64,000 nucleotides of DNA from a virus. The notes beneath the pieces were generated by a model. That model saw nothing but the letters and a program-made list of their open reading frames with translations. It did no database searches and was not told where the DNA came from. A program made the position numbers and the translations under genes. Shown here piece by piece: positions 44,634 through 53,432 of this stretch. The stretch is from IMG/VR virus record IMGVR_UViG_3300005836_000042, positions 3,616 through 67,615 of that record. One strand, 5' to 3'. Within the stretch, counting starts at the first letter, position 1, and every line of letters begins with the position of its first letter.

Positions 44634-45187
44634 CACTTCTCCTCGTCCCGGGGGTGGGCGGCCCAGTACGCATCCTCACACTCCCCACACCGGCAGTTCC
44701 TATGTCCTGTGCGCGGGTCGATGCTTTGGTCCGGCTGCTCTGCCTGCTTCGGCGCATAGATGGTGTCGTCCGGCCCCTCGCCCGGCTCACAGCAGTCGGG
44801 GTAGTTCTGCGGCTGGCAGGCGTGCTTCGGCGCGGCGAGGACGCGGATCGCTTCTCGCAGCTCCTCTGCGCCGATCGTCCCTACGCCCCGGAGTCGCAGC
44901 GACCGCAGCACTCGATCGGCCGCCCCGTCTGCTCGCTCGTAGGCTTCGGCAGCGCCCTTCCTCAGCCCCTTGTCCTTCCCTGCGGTGTAGCCGTTGTCGT
45001 AGGCTGCGTCGAGGTCTTCATGGCAAGCGCAGGAGCACGCCCGACTCAGCACTTCTCGCTTGGCTGCGTCGAGGGCGCGCTGGGCTTCCTCCTCAGCCAG
45101 TGCTTGGCGCTCAAACAACGGTCCTGAGGAAATCGCTAGCCGCCACACTTCCTTCGCCAGCTTCCTCGCCGCCTCGCTAATTGCCAT
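44633..45187 (-). CDS. hypothetical protein with Cys motifs
   Basis: ATG 45187 (MAISEAARK); overlaps upstream stop. Confidence 0.65.
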   Translation of the reverse strand: MAISEAARKLAKEVWRLAISSGPLFERQALAEEEAQRALDAAKREVLSRACSCACHEDLDAAYDNGYTAGKDKGLRKGAAEAYERADGAADRVLRSLRLRGVGTIGAEELREAIRVLAAPKHACQPQNYPDCCEPGEGPDDTIYAPKQAEQPDQSIDPRTGHRNCRCGECEDAYWAAHPRDEEK

Positions 45188-45437
45188 CTTGCTTCTCCTT
45201 CCTGGTGATCTCGACGGACTGGTAGGCACCGACCGCGAGTTGCAGGAAGCCACGAAGGTCGAGCTGGGTGAGCTTGGCAAGGGAAGCGGCGTAGCAGACC
45301 ATCGTCACCGCGAGGTGAGCGTCGTCGATGTCCCGAAGGTCGGGGTGTTCAAGCGTGGACTGGTTGACGATCGGCACCTTGCTCACGCCGTAGGTGACGA
45401 GCCTGAGGATGGCCTCTTCGGAAAGGGGTTCGCTCAC
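45177..45437 (-). CDS. hypothetical protein
   Basis: 86 aa, GTGA coupling. Confidence 0.7.
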   Translation of the reverse strand: MSEPLSEEAILRLVTYGVSKVPIVNQSTLEHPDLRDIDDAHLAVTMVCYAASLAKLTQLDLRGFLQLAVGAYQSVEITRKEKQDGN

Positions 45438-45685
45438 CAGATCCTCTCGTAGGTGGCTGCGAAGACGTTTGGCTTACAAGAGTAGAACTCTCCCATGACA
45501 CCCTTGATGATCCAGTCTCCGGATTCGGCACGCATGGTTCCTTCGAGGGTCTTGATCGAGAGAGAACCGTCTTCGTTGTAGATGAAGATGCTGTGGGAGT
45601 CCCCAACGAACTTGGAGTCCAACGTCTTCCCAGCTTCGTAGAGGACGGCTTCGATTCGGATCGGCTTCTTCTGGAAGATGCTCAC
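45434..45685 (-). CDS. conserved phage protein (KKPxxIEA...TLEG...GDWII...GEFY.CKP.VF..TYE family)
   Basis: GTG 45685 overlaps the stop of the pol N-half; recognisable widespread motif. Confidence 0.8.
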   Translation of the reverse strand: MSIFQKKPIRIEAVLYEAGKTLDSKFVGDSHSIFIYNEDGSLSIKTLEGTMRAESGDWIIKGVMGEFYSCKPNVFAATYERIW

Positions 45686-47130
45686 TGTAGCTCCTTGGCT
45701 TCGAGGGCTGCTTCCCTCGCCTTCACGATGTCGCACTTGTGGCGCGACGTGACGTCTTGCTCCTTGCACGCTGTGCATACGATGACGCGCTCCTGGACGG
45801 TGGCCTTGAAGGCATTCGTGTAGACGGATGGGTCTGGCTCGCGCTTCCACCCTCCGACCCAGGGGAGCGCTTCCTTGGGCAGGTACTGCTGGATCATCTT
45901 CTCGATGGCCTCGATCGAGGTGGCGATCGACTTGGACATCCCCAAGAGGGTAGGCTTATGAACGCCGATGCCGACCTTCTCCATGGGGTAGATGGCTTGG
46001 TGGTCGAGCTGAGTGGCGTAGCGCATGAAGCTTTCCCACTGACCAGAGGCGGTGAGATCCTTCTTGAGCCCTAGCATGATGCGGAGCGTCTGGACAGGGT
46101 CGATGGCTGCGTACTTGCCTGGGTCGCTGACGTTGAGGTGCTTCCAGGGTTCGATGTCGGAGTAGAAGGGAGCAACAAATCCCAGGCCCTTGGGCAGGTC
46201 GGACTGCAGCATGTGCCAGCCCCACATCCCGTCGAGGGTTTCACCTGCGATCTCGATACCTTCTTTGCTGATCTCCTCCAAATCGAAGCGCTCGTTCCAG
46301 AACACCTTGGTGCACTTCTTGCCCATGGCCCTGCGGATAGCGAAGCGGTAGCGTTCCTCGTTGGGGACAGTCACTCCCTGGTCGGGGTGCATGGCGAAGT
46401 TCCAGCGGGTGATGCGTCCCTTCCTGGGGTTGGCGAACTCGGTCTCGCCGGTCTCGGTGTCGGTGGCAAGCCAAGCCTCAGGGTCATCAGGGATCTGCTC
46501 GACGTAGTCTCCGAACCATGTGGGAGGGGGGTCGACGATCAGCTGCGGGTTTGAGGCATTGAAGCCAAAGCTGGCAACCTCCATGGCCCGCTTGATCGCG
46601 AACAGGAAGGCCCCGAAGAGCCTGTGGTTCCCTTGCAGAACGTGAGAAGGATGGAAGGTGGGGATGACGAAGGGTCCGTTTGGCCTGCGCCCGATGACGT
46701 AGCCCTGCCAGTTCTCGATGTCACCCGAGTAGTCGACGTCGAGGACTTCCTTGAGGACCGTGCGCGTGGCGGCGACTCCCATCGTCAGGTAGGTCGAGCC
46801 GGGGGCGAGGTAGAACTTCTTGCGGTGAACGAAGCAATGGCGGATGGCGCTCTGCTCGTAACTTGCTCCCGTCAGCCAATTCCCCGGCGGGCGACAGTTG
46901 ACAGTGTTCCCGATGTAGAGCTGTTGCTTGTGGAGTCCGAGCCTGTGGAGAGCACGCTGCCAGTAGACACCGGCCTCGCCTACCAGGGGCTCGCCCTTTG
47001 CGGCCTCGTTCGCACCGAGCGCTTCGGCTATGACGATGAGAGCGGACTCAGGGTTGCCATATGGGGGAGCGAATCCTTGGCCTCGGTGTTCGAGGGGGCA
47101 GCCTGCACACTGACCGGGCTTAGCGAGCAT
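45682..47130 (-). CDS. polA: family A DNA polymerase N-terminal half: family-4 uracil-DNA glycosylase-like domain plus 3'-5' exonuclease
   Basis: CAGCPL, AEALGANE...GEPLVGEAG, NTVNCRPPGN, TFHPS (UDG); DTETG, WNERFD, YAAID (ExoI-III); YPMEKVGI thumb start. Confidence 0.88.
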   Translation of the reverse strand: MLAKPGQCAGCPLEHRGQGFAPPYGNPESALIVIAEALGANEAAKGEPLVGEAGVYWQRALHRLGLHKQQLYIGNTVNCRPPGNWLTGASYEQSAIRHCFVHRKKFYLAPGSTYLTMGVAATRTVLKEVLDVDYSGDIENWQGYVIGRRPNGPFVIPTFHPSHVLQGNHRLFGAFLFAIKRAMEVASFGFNASNPQLIVDPPPTWFGDYVEQIPDDPEAWLATDTETGETEFANPRKGRITRWNFAMHPDQGVTVPNEERYRFAIRRAMGKKCTKVFWNERFDLEEISKEGIEIAGETLDGMWGWHMLQSDLPKGLGFVAPFYSDIEPWKHLNVSDPGKYAAIDPVQTLRIMLGLKKDLTASGQWESFMRYATQLDHQAIYPMEKVGIGVHKPTLLGMSKSIATSIEAIEKMIQQYLPKEALPWVGGWKREPDPSVYTNAFKATVQERVIVCTACKEQDVTSRHKCDIVKAREAALEAKELQ

Positions 47131-47306
47131 CAGCTGTTCCAGGGAGCAAGGTGGTTCTGGACTGCCTTCTCCAGCTCGCTCGCCTTCTCTCCGATCTCGA
47201 TGAGGGTTCGACGGCGCTCGGCTGGAGAGGGGTCGTAGAGCTTGCCTGCCAGGGCGTTGAGGGCGCGGAGTGCTCTGATCACCTCGTTGTCGAAGGGGTC
47301 TTTCAT
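47130..47306 (-). CDS. hypothetical protein
   Basis: ATG 47306, coupled at both ends. Confidence 0.65.
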   Translation of the reverse strand: MKDPFDNEVIRALRALNALAGKLYDPSPAERRRTLIEIGEKASELEKAVQNHLAPWNS

Positions 47307-47722
47307 ACGTCGGCCTCGATGTTCTCCCACTCGACCTTGGCCCGGTAGCCGAGCATCTTCTTGAAGATGAAGAGGGACATGGCTCCCCGCTCCTTGGCGT
47401 TGTTCACCGCTATTTGGAGATGCTGGGCATCCCTGCAGTAGACGATGACTCCGTCGTGAGCTGAGAGCTGCTTCTCTGGCGATGAGCCACCGATGCTGAC
47501 CACGACGAACTCGGCCTCGGCTGCGCTAACCGGACGAGCTTCCATGGGCTTGTACTGCGCAGCTGAGACACCGCTCACGGTCAACATTCCGCTGCCACTG
47601 CCTTGTCCCACTTGTCCCCAAGGGCTGTAGCCGGGCTGGTTCTGATACTGCTGCTGAGCGTAGGGGTCGCTGAAGGGGTTCTGAGGTGGGTTCATGTTGG
47701 TCCCGATTCGGTGGAAGCTCAT
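47303..47722 (-). CDS. hypothetical protein with Gln/Pro/Gly-rich N-terminus
   Basis: ATG 47722, GGAGA SD. Confidence 0.7.
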   Translation of the reverse strand: MSFHRIGTNMNPPQNPFSDPYAQQQYQNQPGYSPWGQVGQGSGSGMLTVSGVSAAQYKPMEARPVSAAEAEFVVVSIGGSSPEKQLSAHDGVIVYCRDAQHLQIAVNNAKERGAMSLFIFKKMLGYRAKVEWENIEADV

Positions 47723-47931
47723 GGTTCTCTCCAACAATCGAGCGCGACGGTCCGCTCTACCTGGAGACAGACCTCCCTTGCTGCTTCGTTGCGGATGGCC
47801 TGGATCATGCGCTCGACCAGATCGAGGTTCTCCACAGGAACTTCCTCGTGAACGAGGACGTTGATGATGCGCAGAGCCCACTCAGCGGATTGGCGGTCGG
47901 TGATGGTAGGCAGGCTCTCGACGTCGATCAT
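47719..47931 (-). CDS. hypothetical protein
   Basis: 70 aa, ATGA overlaps. Confidence 0.7.
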   Translation of the reverse strand: MIDVESLPTITDRQSAEWALRIINVLVHEEVPVENLDLVERMIQAIRNEAAREVCLQVERTVALDCWREP

Positions 47932-48248
47932 GGGGCTTCGACCTCTGTGACTTCGACGTGCTCGCAGATCTTCCAGATGTCGTCGACCATCCGCTTGAAG
48001 CCAGCGCGGTCTAGTCCATGCAGCTTGCTGATCCCAACAGCCAGGATCAGTAAGCCTTGGGTTTGCGTGAAGTGATCGAAGAGGACGCCGCCCTCGTCGG
48101 AGAGCTGCTGCCCGACTACTGCAGCGATCTGCTCCGCGAAGAGGGCGGCTTCTTCGTTCTCAGTCCGCAGGGCGGAAGCCGCCAAGCTCACTCCAGCAGC
48201 GAAGCTCCGCAGTGCACTTGCACCCAAACCGGAGCGCGACCTTGCCAT
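47928..48248 (-). CDS. hypothetical protein (start uncertain, possibly TTG near 48186)
   Basis: Overlaps the 3' end of 48160-48843; C-terminal part looks protein-like. Confidence 0.55.
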   Translation of the reverse strand: MARSRSGLGASALRSFAAGVSLAASALRTENEEAALFAEQIAAVVGQQLSDEGGVLFDHFTQTQGLLILAVGISKLHGLDRAGFKRMVDDIWKICEHVEVTEVEAP

Positions 48249-48843
48249 CCGGGGTCTTGGGAAGCGTCATGACGTCGGGCTTCCCATCGCGACCGGCGTA
48301 ACCCTGCACCCGGTAGCGTTGACCACAGCCCTTCTCTCCGACTTGGACCTTGCCGTCCTTGTAGATGTCGCGCGCCTTGTCGCAGCTGGCGGTCAGGGTG
48401 TGTTCCGCGATGAACTCGCGCCCGGCTGCGCTGATGAGAGCGTCACCGTAGGACTTGTTGGTGACGATCCCGTTCACCGGCTCGGGCTTCACCTTGAGAG
48501 CCTTCAGCAACATCCCCATGTCGGAGACCACCCTGTCGGGGTTGTCGTTCCTGCCCTTGATGATGCGGGTCCGGTTGTTGATGCGGGCGTTGTACCACTC
48601 TCCAAGCGTGACGTTGAAGAGCGCGGCCTCGTCCTGGAGAACGGCTACGAGCTTCTGCCCCTGGTCGGAGGTGTTCAAGGGCTCGAAGCAGCTTGCGAGG
48701 GCGGAGAGCACGGGGAGGCGGAAGCGGTAGATGCCGGGCTGAGGAGGCATCCGTCCGCCGCTGCCGACCGTCTGGGGCATGTTCTCAAAGTCGGCCTCGG
48801 AGATGCCCTCGTCGTTGAGGTTGAGATCCTGCAGGTTTGCCAT
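48160..48843 (-). CDS. putative single-stranded DNA-binding protein
   Basis: PPQPGIYRFR N-terminal pattern of phage SSB-like OB folds; next to the annealing protein. Confidence 0.45.
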   Translation of the reverse strand: MANLQDLNLNDEGISEADFENMPQTVGSGGRMPPQPGIYRFRLPVLSALASCFEPLNTSDQGQKLVAVLQDEAALFNVTLGEWYNARINNRTRIIKGRNDNPDRVVSDMGMLLKALKVKPEPVNGIVTNKSYGDALISAAGREFIAEHTLTASCDKARDIYKDGKVQVGEKGCGQRYRVQGYAGRDGKPDVMTLPKTPDGKVALRFGCKCTAELRCWSELGGFRPAD

Positions 48844-48859
48844 TCTTGTGGACTCCTTG

Positions 48860-49591
48860 TTATGGTTTCACGGCGGGGAGGACGGACGGGAGCTTCGGTG
48901 CAGCAGGCTGGCTGGAAGGCGCGCCCGCCTGGGGCAGCGAACGGGTCGAGACGACCTTCGGAGGCGCGGCCATCGGTGTAACCTCGACCTTGGGTAGGGG
49001 GTTTGGCTCGTCGCTGAAGTTCTCTTGCGGGCGGATCGGAGGAGGCTGCAGCTGCCGGGGGTTGCCCTCGCTGCCCTCCAGACCCTTGGCGCTCTGGACC
49101 TCCAGCTCATCGAGGAAGCCGAGCCCGCAGAAGGCCAGCGTCCCACGACGCAGGGCCTTGGTGTGGCACTTCATGATGGCGTTGCCAAGAGCCTCGTCCT
49201 TCAGGTTGGAGATGCCCAGCAGCCCGAGCGCATCCTCGTGGCGACCACTCGGGTCGGTGATGCGCACCTTCACTCGGTAGGTGTCAGGACGTACCTCGTC
49301 TCCGAGCTTGAGAGCACCCTCCTCGATGATCTCGCTGGAGATGTTGTGGAGCTTGCGGAGCTGGTCGCCTGCCGTCTTGTTGGCGTAGAGAGTGACCTTG
49401 TTGTTGAGGACGATGAAGTCGAAGGGCTTGGTCAGGGGGTTGAGACCCAGCCGCAGGGCGAGCTGGTAACAGAAGATGCTGCGGTCTCGCATCGTCAGCC
49501 CGCTGAAGTCACCCTTCTGGATCAGGTCGTCGATGTACTCTTCGGGAAGCGAAGCCAGCTGAGGGACGGTCATGGCGGTTGTGTCGCTCAT
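48860..49591 (-). CDS. Bet/RecT-like single-strand annealing protein
   Basis: CYQLALRLGLNPLTK...LYANK...AIMKCHTKALRR; disordered C-terminus. Confidence 0.65.
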   Translation of the reverse strand: MSDTTAMTVPQLASLPEEYIDDLIQKGDFSGLTMRDRSIFCYQLALRLGLNPLTKPFDFIVLNNKVTLYANKTAGDQLRKLHNISSEIIEEGALKLGDEVRPDTYRVKVRITDPSGRHEDALGLLGISNLKDEALGNAIMKCHTKALRRGTLAFCGLGFLDELEVQSAKGLEGSEGNPRQLQPPPIRPQENFSDEPNPLPKVEVTPMAAPPKVVSTRSLPQAGAPSSQPAAPKLPSVLPAVKP

Positions 49592-49779
49592 TCGGTGACG
49601 CTCCAGCCAGCGATGCTCGCCGTGTAGAACTTCGCCTTCCGAAACGAGTCGTCCCGCTTCGAAGCGTAGGTGAAGATGAGCAGGTTCACGTCGTCGACCA
49701 AGATCCCCACGTTGTGGAACGTGAGAGCCTTGGCTGTGGGCAGGAAAACGACGAGCTGTGCGATCGGGGATTCAGGCAT
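49588..49779 (-). CDS. hypothetical protein
   Basis: 63 aa, AGGAG SD. Confidence 0.7.
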   Translation of the reverse strand: MPESPIAQLVVFLPTAKALTFHNVGILVDDVNLLIFTYASKRDDSFRKAKFYTASIAGWSVTE

Positions 49780-49788
49780 GTTTTCTCC

Positions 49789-49956
49789 TTAGAACTTCTC
49801 CTGAGGGCGAACGACACCTACTCCCTCGCGGAGCTTGAGCTGGTTCTCAGCTTCTTGCTGCAGGTCAGGCCACTTGTCGCCTTCGCTGGCCAGCCAGTAG
49901 AGGTAGGAAGTAGGGATGTCTTCCAGCTGCTCGCCTTTGAACTTGCCGAATGGCAT
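49789..49956 (-). CDS. MPFGKxKG-family small protein (DUF3820-like), 55 aa
   Basis: Read manually: MPFGKFKGEQLEDIPTSYLYWL. Confidence 0.75.
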   Translation of the reverse strand: MPFGKFKGEQLEDIPTSYLYWLASEGDKWPDLQQEAENQLKLREGVGVVRPQEKF

Positions 49957-49958
49957 CC

Positions 49959-51119
49959 TCATTCTTCGTCGGTCTCACCGATGGAATGGTGAGGGATCCG
50001 CTCCTGGTACTTGCCGCTGCCGATGGGGTCGTCCCAACCGGGCGCTCGGTGGCAGATGTCGTAGAACTGGCAGCGCCGCTTGCCGAACTCGTAGCAGTTG
50101 AAGGTGCGGGGGAACTTGGTGTCGAGCTGACTCTGGAAGTCGGGGTCTTTCCACTGCGACCAGTCTAGTCCTTCGAGGCGCATCCTCCAGTAGCCTTCAT
50201 TGGTGGGGAGTCCCTTGAGGAAACGTTCGACCTTGTTGTAGTCGACCTCGTAGGGACCGAGCACGGGAACGCTCTTGGCGACGTAGCTCGCGTCAGCACG
50301 CCACACCCACTCTGGGATGGTCAGAGGGATCTCGGGAGCGAAGACGCGAGCGTACCCGGCCTTGCGGGTGTAGTAGGGCAGGATGTCCTCTTGAACGATC
50401 GGCGGGTTGGCGGGACGGTAGGAAGGGTGGGTCAGGTAGGAAGGCGACGTCTTGGTACCCTTCACGAGGATGTGGATGTAGAAGTGGTCGACGCGCTCTC
50501 CGTAAACCATGCTGCAAACCCAGGCGTTCATCATCTGCTGAAGGCTGTCGCGCCACTCGTCGTGGGGGTTGTTGTCGCTCCAGTAGGCCTGAGACTTGAA
50601 GTCATGGATGGCAAGCCTCTTCAGGCCTGCCTTGGCTCTGGTGACGAAGTCGGTCCGCGCCCGCCAGATGATGTCGCCAGCCAGCTTGACCCCCTGCTCA
50701 GGCTCGACGTCGACGATGTCGAAGTTGTCGTGAACCCAGGGGATGGTGATCCTGGTGTAGGCATGGGCAAGAGCTTGGACGATGGCGACTTGCTTGCCAA
50801 CCTCGTCGGCGGGGTTCTCGAACTCCACGTCTGTGAGCTTCTTGACGTAGTCGGAAATGGGCTCGTCGACGAGGTTGGAGACCTCTTCACGGGTGGTAGC
50901 CTTGTTGCGGAGGATTGCCTCCAGCGCGCTGTGCAGAGTGATCCCCGTCTGAAGCGGCGCGAACACGAGCCTCCGCTCGATGCCTCTGCCGAAGGCATGG
51001 TGGCGGAGAAGGCGCTTCCATTCGCAGCTGAAGCCTTCGAGGAACCTACTTCGATCGGTCGGCCAGCTGTTGGATGACGTCTTTGGTTCCTTCGCAGTAC
51101 TCTCGGAATTTTCGCTCAC
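49959..51119 (-). CDS. PD-(D/E)xK Cas4/RecB-like exonuclease
   Basis: N-terminal Cys, GITLHSALE, RARTDFV...AIHDFKS...QQ, C-terminal C-x7-C-x5-C. Confidence 0.8.
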   Translation of the reverse strand: MSENSESTAKEPKTSSNSWPTDRSRFLEGFSCEWKRLLRHHAFGRGIERRLVFAPLQTGITLHSALEAILRNKATTREEVSNLVDEPISDYVKKLTDVEFENPADEVGKQVAIVQALAHAYTRITIPWVHDNFDIVDVEPEQGVKLAGDIIWRARTDFVTRAKAGLKRLAIHDFKSQAYWSDNNPHDEWRDSLQQMMNAWVCSMVYGERVDHFYIHILVKGTKTSPSYLTHPSYRPANPPIVQEDILPYYTRKAGYARVFAPEIPLTIPEWVWRADASYVAKSVPVLGPYEVDYNKVERFLKGLPTNEGYWRMRLEGLDWSQWKDPDFQSQLDTKFPRTFNCYEFGKRRCQFYDICHRAPGWDDPIGSGKYQERIPHHSIGETDEE

Positions 51120-51606
51120 GCTCTTCATCCTCCTCAACAAGCTCTGGGCAGAGCCTGCGCCACTCCATCATCTGATCTCCAGTGCCTGCACCCCGATATT
51201 TGTAGAAGGCTGCCTTCGTGATGGTTCCGTCTTTCTGTCGCTTGGGTCCTCGTGGCTTCTTGACTTTCTGGTGGTCGCACAGTCGACACCGGCACCGGTG
51301 GCCTTCGAGGTAAACGACCTCCGCAACTTGGCCCTGCGCCAAGTTCCAGACGTACCAGAGGGGTCTCTGTGCAAGCCAGACAAGCGGGACGGTCTTCTGT
51401 CGCTTGTCGCTGTTGGCCCAGATGTAGACTGAGCGAGGGATCTCGTTGTCGTGGCCTGGACCTGTTGTTGACCGGTACTTGCTGAACGCTGAGCTGATGA
51501 GCATCATCAGCTCGTAGAATGAGATCGGACGCCCAGGCTTGGTGACGCTGCGGCTCTTCCGCTTTTTCTTGGGAGGAACCCCTTCCTCTTCCCCATGGAT
51601 CAGCAT
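51046..51606 (-). CDS. basic hypothetical protein with CRCRLC motif
   Basis: ATG 51606; overlaps the nuclease start by about 74 nt. Confidence 0.6.
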   Translation of the reverse strand: MLIHGEEEGVPPKKKRKSRSVTKPGRPISFYELMMLISSAFSKYRSTTGPGHDNEIPRSVYIWANSDKRQKTVPLVWLAQRPLWYVWNLAQGQVAEVVYLEGHRCRCRLCDHQKVKKPRGPKRQKDGTITKAAFYKYRGAGTGDQMMEWRRLCPELVEEDEERERKFREYCEGTKDVIQQLADRSK

Positions 51607-52157
51607 GCGCACCTGAAGGGGGAAGCCTCGTAACCTGCAGGGACCTTCTTCCCCGTGAGCGTCTGGAAGTGCTGCCAGAATTCTTCGCCTGCTTCGTACC
51701 ACATGTTTGGGGTGTCGACGTTGAGACAGTATTGCTCGCCGGTCTCGATGAACTCCCCAACAACTTCAAGAAGTTGCTGCACGCTCATTCCCAGCTCGTG
51801 CGCAGCCATCTTCATGAACTGCGTGGCTGCTGCGTAACGCTTGCTGTGGGCTTCGACGATGAAGGGATGGGTCCAGTCGTGACGGAGCTGCGTGATCGTT
51901 CCTGGGAAGAGAAACATCCAACACCGCTCCCCAGGTTGGACAGGCGCTTCGAGGAACGGGTCGATGACACCGACTGCTGGCGTCTCCTCATCTTTGGCAG
52001 CGACTACAGTAGTGAACTCGTCACCGGGGGTGAAGGCGACTCGCGTTCCTGGAGAGAGGATGCTGGCTGCAACGACGGGGTAGATGGGGACGTGGATCGC
52101 GTCCTTCTCCCAGCTCTGGTCCTCGCTGAGGATCCTGCCGATGTGAAGCTCGTTCAT
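51600..52157 (-). CDS. conserved phage hypothetical protein
   Basis: MNELHIG...DAIHVP...GVIDPFL...LFPGTITQLRHDWTHP. Confidence 0.75.
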   Translation of the reverse strand: MNELHIGRILSEDQSWEKDAIHVPIYPVVAASILSPGTRVAFTPGDEFTTVVAAKDEETPAVGVIDPFLEAPVQPGERCWMFLFPGTITQLRHDWTHPFIVEAHSKRYAAATQFMKMAAHELGMSVQQLLEVVGEFIETGEQYCLNVDTPNMWYEAGEEFWQHFQTLTGKKVPAGYEASPFRCAC

Positions 52158-52339
52158 CGCTGCACCGACTTGTCTTCGAGCAACGCTGCGTCGTGATCCT
52201 CGTCGATGATGAACTGGCATACCGGACAGGTCCTGAATCGGTCGTTCTTCAGGTGCTCTGAAAGAGTCAGCCTGGACGATCGCGGGCTCACTTCAGGCTG
52301 ATTGTTGGGGATCGTATCTCTGGACTCCACGGTTGTCAA
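52154..52339 (-). CDS. hypothetical protein with CPVC
   Basis: 61 aa, coupled. Confidence 0.5.
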   Translation of the reverse strand: MTTVESRDTIPNNQPEVSPRSSRLTLSEHLKNDRFRTCPVCQFIIDEDHDAALLEDKSVQR

Positions 52340-52587
52340 CTCCTTTTGTTGGGGTCCGTAAGTGCTTGACCGCTAACCTGATAGGTCCGGACAGCGTCCC
52401 GCGACTGACGCACCTCCTCGGCCATCTCGGTCAGGTCCCTGAACAGGTCAGTGAGGTAGAGCTTCTCGTCTCCAATATTCTCATGGGTGAGCAGCTCCAC
52501 CTTGTTGCGGAGCTGTGCAACGTCCCCAAGAATGGCGAGGTAGAGAGACTCAGCGTTGGACTTGCTGGGCTTAGTCTTTCTTCTCAC
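52336..52587 (-). CDS. hypothetical coiled-coil protein
   Basis: GTG 52587 overlaps upstream stop. Confidence 0.6.
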   Translation of the reverse strand: MRRKTKPSKSNAESLYLAILGDVAQLRNKVELLTHENIGDEKLYLTDLFRDLTEMAEEVRQSRDAVRTYQVSGQALTDPNKRS

Positions 52588-52838
52588 TTGGGCTGCTCTG
52601 GGAGAGGCTTCGTTGTGAACTCGAACGAGGCCACGTTGCAGATGCGGTCGCTGGGCTGGCCGTTCTCGTCTTTCGCGATGAAGCAGTCGGGGTAGTCCCA
52701 CTCTGCGTAGAAGGCTGTCAGCTCCCGCACCGAGCCGTCCTTCATCGTGAGAGAGTAGCGCTTGCAGGGGCTGTTGTTGCTGCAGGTCTGCTGTCCAACG
52801 GTGCAAACCGTCAGGAGAAGAACGATCGGGCGGATCAT
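52584..52838 (-). CDS. putative exported Cys-containing protein
   Basis: MIRPIVLLLTVC N-terminus; 5 Cys. Confidence 0.6.
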   Translation of the reverse strand: MIRPIVLLLTVCTVGQQTCSNNSPCKRYSLTMKDGSVRELTAFYAEWDYPDCFIAKDENGQPSDRICNVASFEFTTKPLPEQPK

Positions 52839-53071
52839 GCGGCCCTCCTCTTGATGCGCAGGTGGATGCGTGCAGCAGAGAGCTTCTTCCTCTTGGGCTT
52901 GGTGATCAGCCTGCGGATCTTGCGGATCTCCCCAGGCAGCTGCTTGAACTCCCAGCACCGGAGGACGTCGAGACGGTCACGGATGTCCATGAGAACGGCG
53001 ACTTGAACCTGTTCCCATGTATCGACCTTGCCCTGCGGCAGGTCCCAATGCTGATCCGGATAGCGCGCCAT
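52835..53071 (-). CDS. basic hypothetical protein
   Basis: ATG 53071, coupled. Confidence 0.65.
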   Translation of the reverse strand: MARYPDQHWDLPQGKVDTWEQVQVAVLMDIRDRLDVLRCWEFKQLPGEIRKIRRLITKPKRKKLSAARIHLRIKRRAA

Positions 53072-53295
53072 CAGGCAGCACTCCGACGCCAGCCTGTGAA
53101 CAGCTTGCTGCGCGTTCGGCCGGTGAAGCGACCGAGGCGCTGCATGTAGGAGGCCAGCTCGCGCTCGTCCTTCATCTGCATCCGCTGCCACCATGAGCGG
53201 CAGGCAGGGCAGAGAGCATGGTGCTCGGGGATCTGCTCCCAGCAGTCGGGGATGGGGCACTTCTTGGTCTTGGGCTGAGGCTTGGGCTTGCTCAC
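53071..53295 (-). CDS. zinc-finger protein (CPIPDC...HHALCPAC)
   Basis: GTG 53295, coupled. Confidence 0.65.
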   Translation of the reverse strand: MSKPKPQPKTKKCPIPDCWEQIPEHHALCPACRSWWQRMQMKDERELASYMQRLGRFTGRTRSKLFTGWRRSAA

Positions 53296-53432
53296 TTGAC
53301 ACTCCTGAAAATGGTCATCCCCACTGAGACGAAGATGGCCAGGATACCGAGAGCGGCCACCGCCATGATCAAGAAGCAGGCGATGGTCGCACCGATGGTC
53401 GCGGCAACTTCTGGGATCTCTTCTTTCTTCAT
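53292..53432 (-). CDS. small membrane protein (46 aa)
   Basis: Read manually; long hydrophobic segment. Confidence 0.6.
   Translation of the reverse strand: MKKEEIPEVAATIGATIACFLIMAVAALGILAIFVSVGMTIFRSVK

Noticed and set aside
43944-45681. Group I/II intron or intein interrupting polA
   Set aside because: The gap is fully tiled by five translationally coupled ORFs; no homing endonuclease, RT or intein terminal motifs; the C-half has its own SD and start
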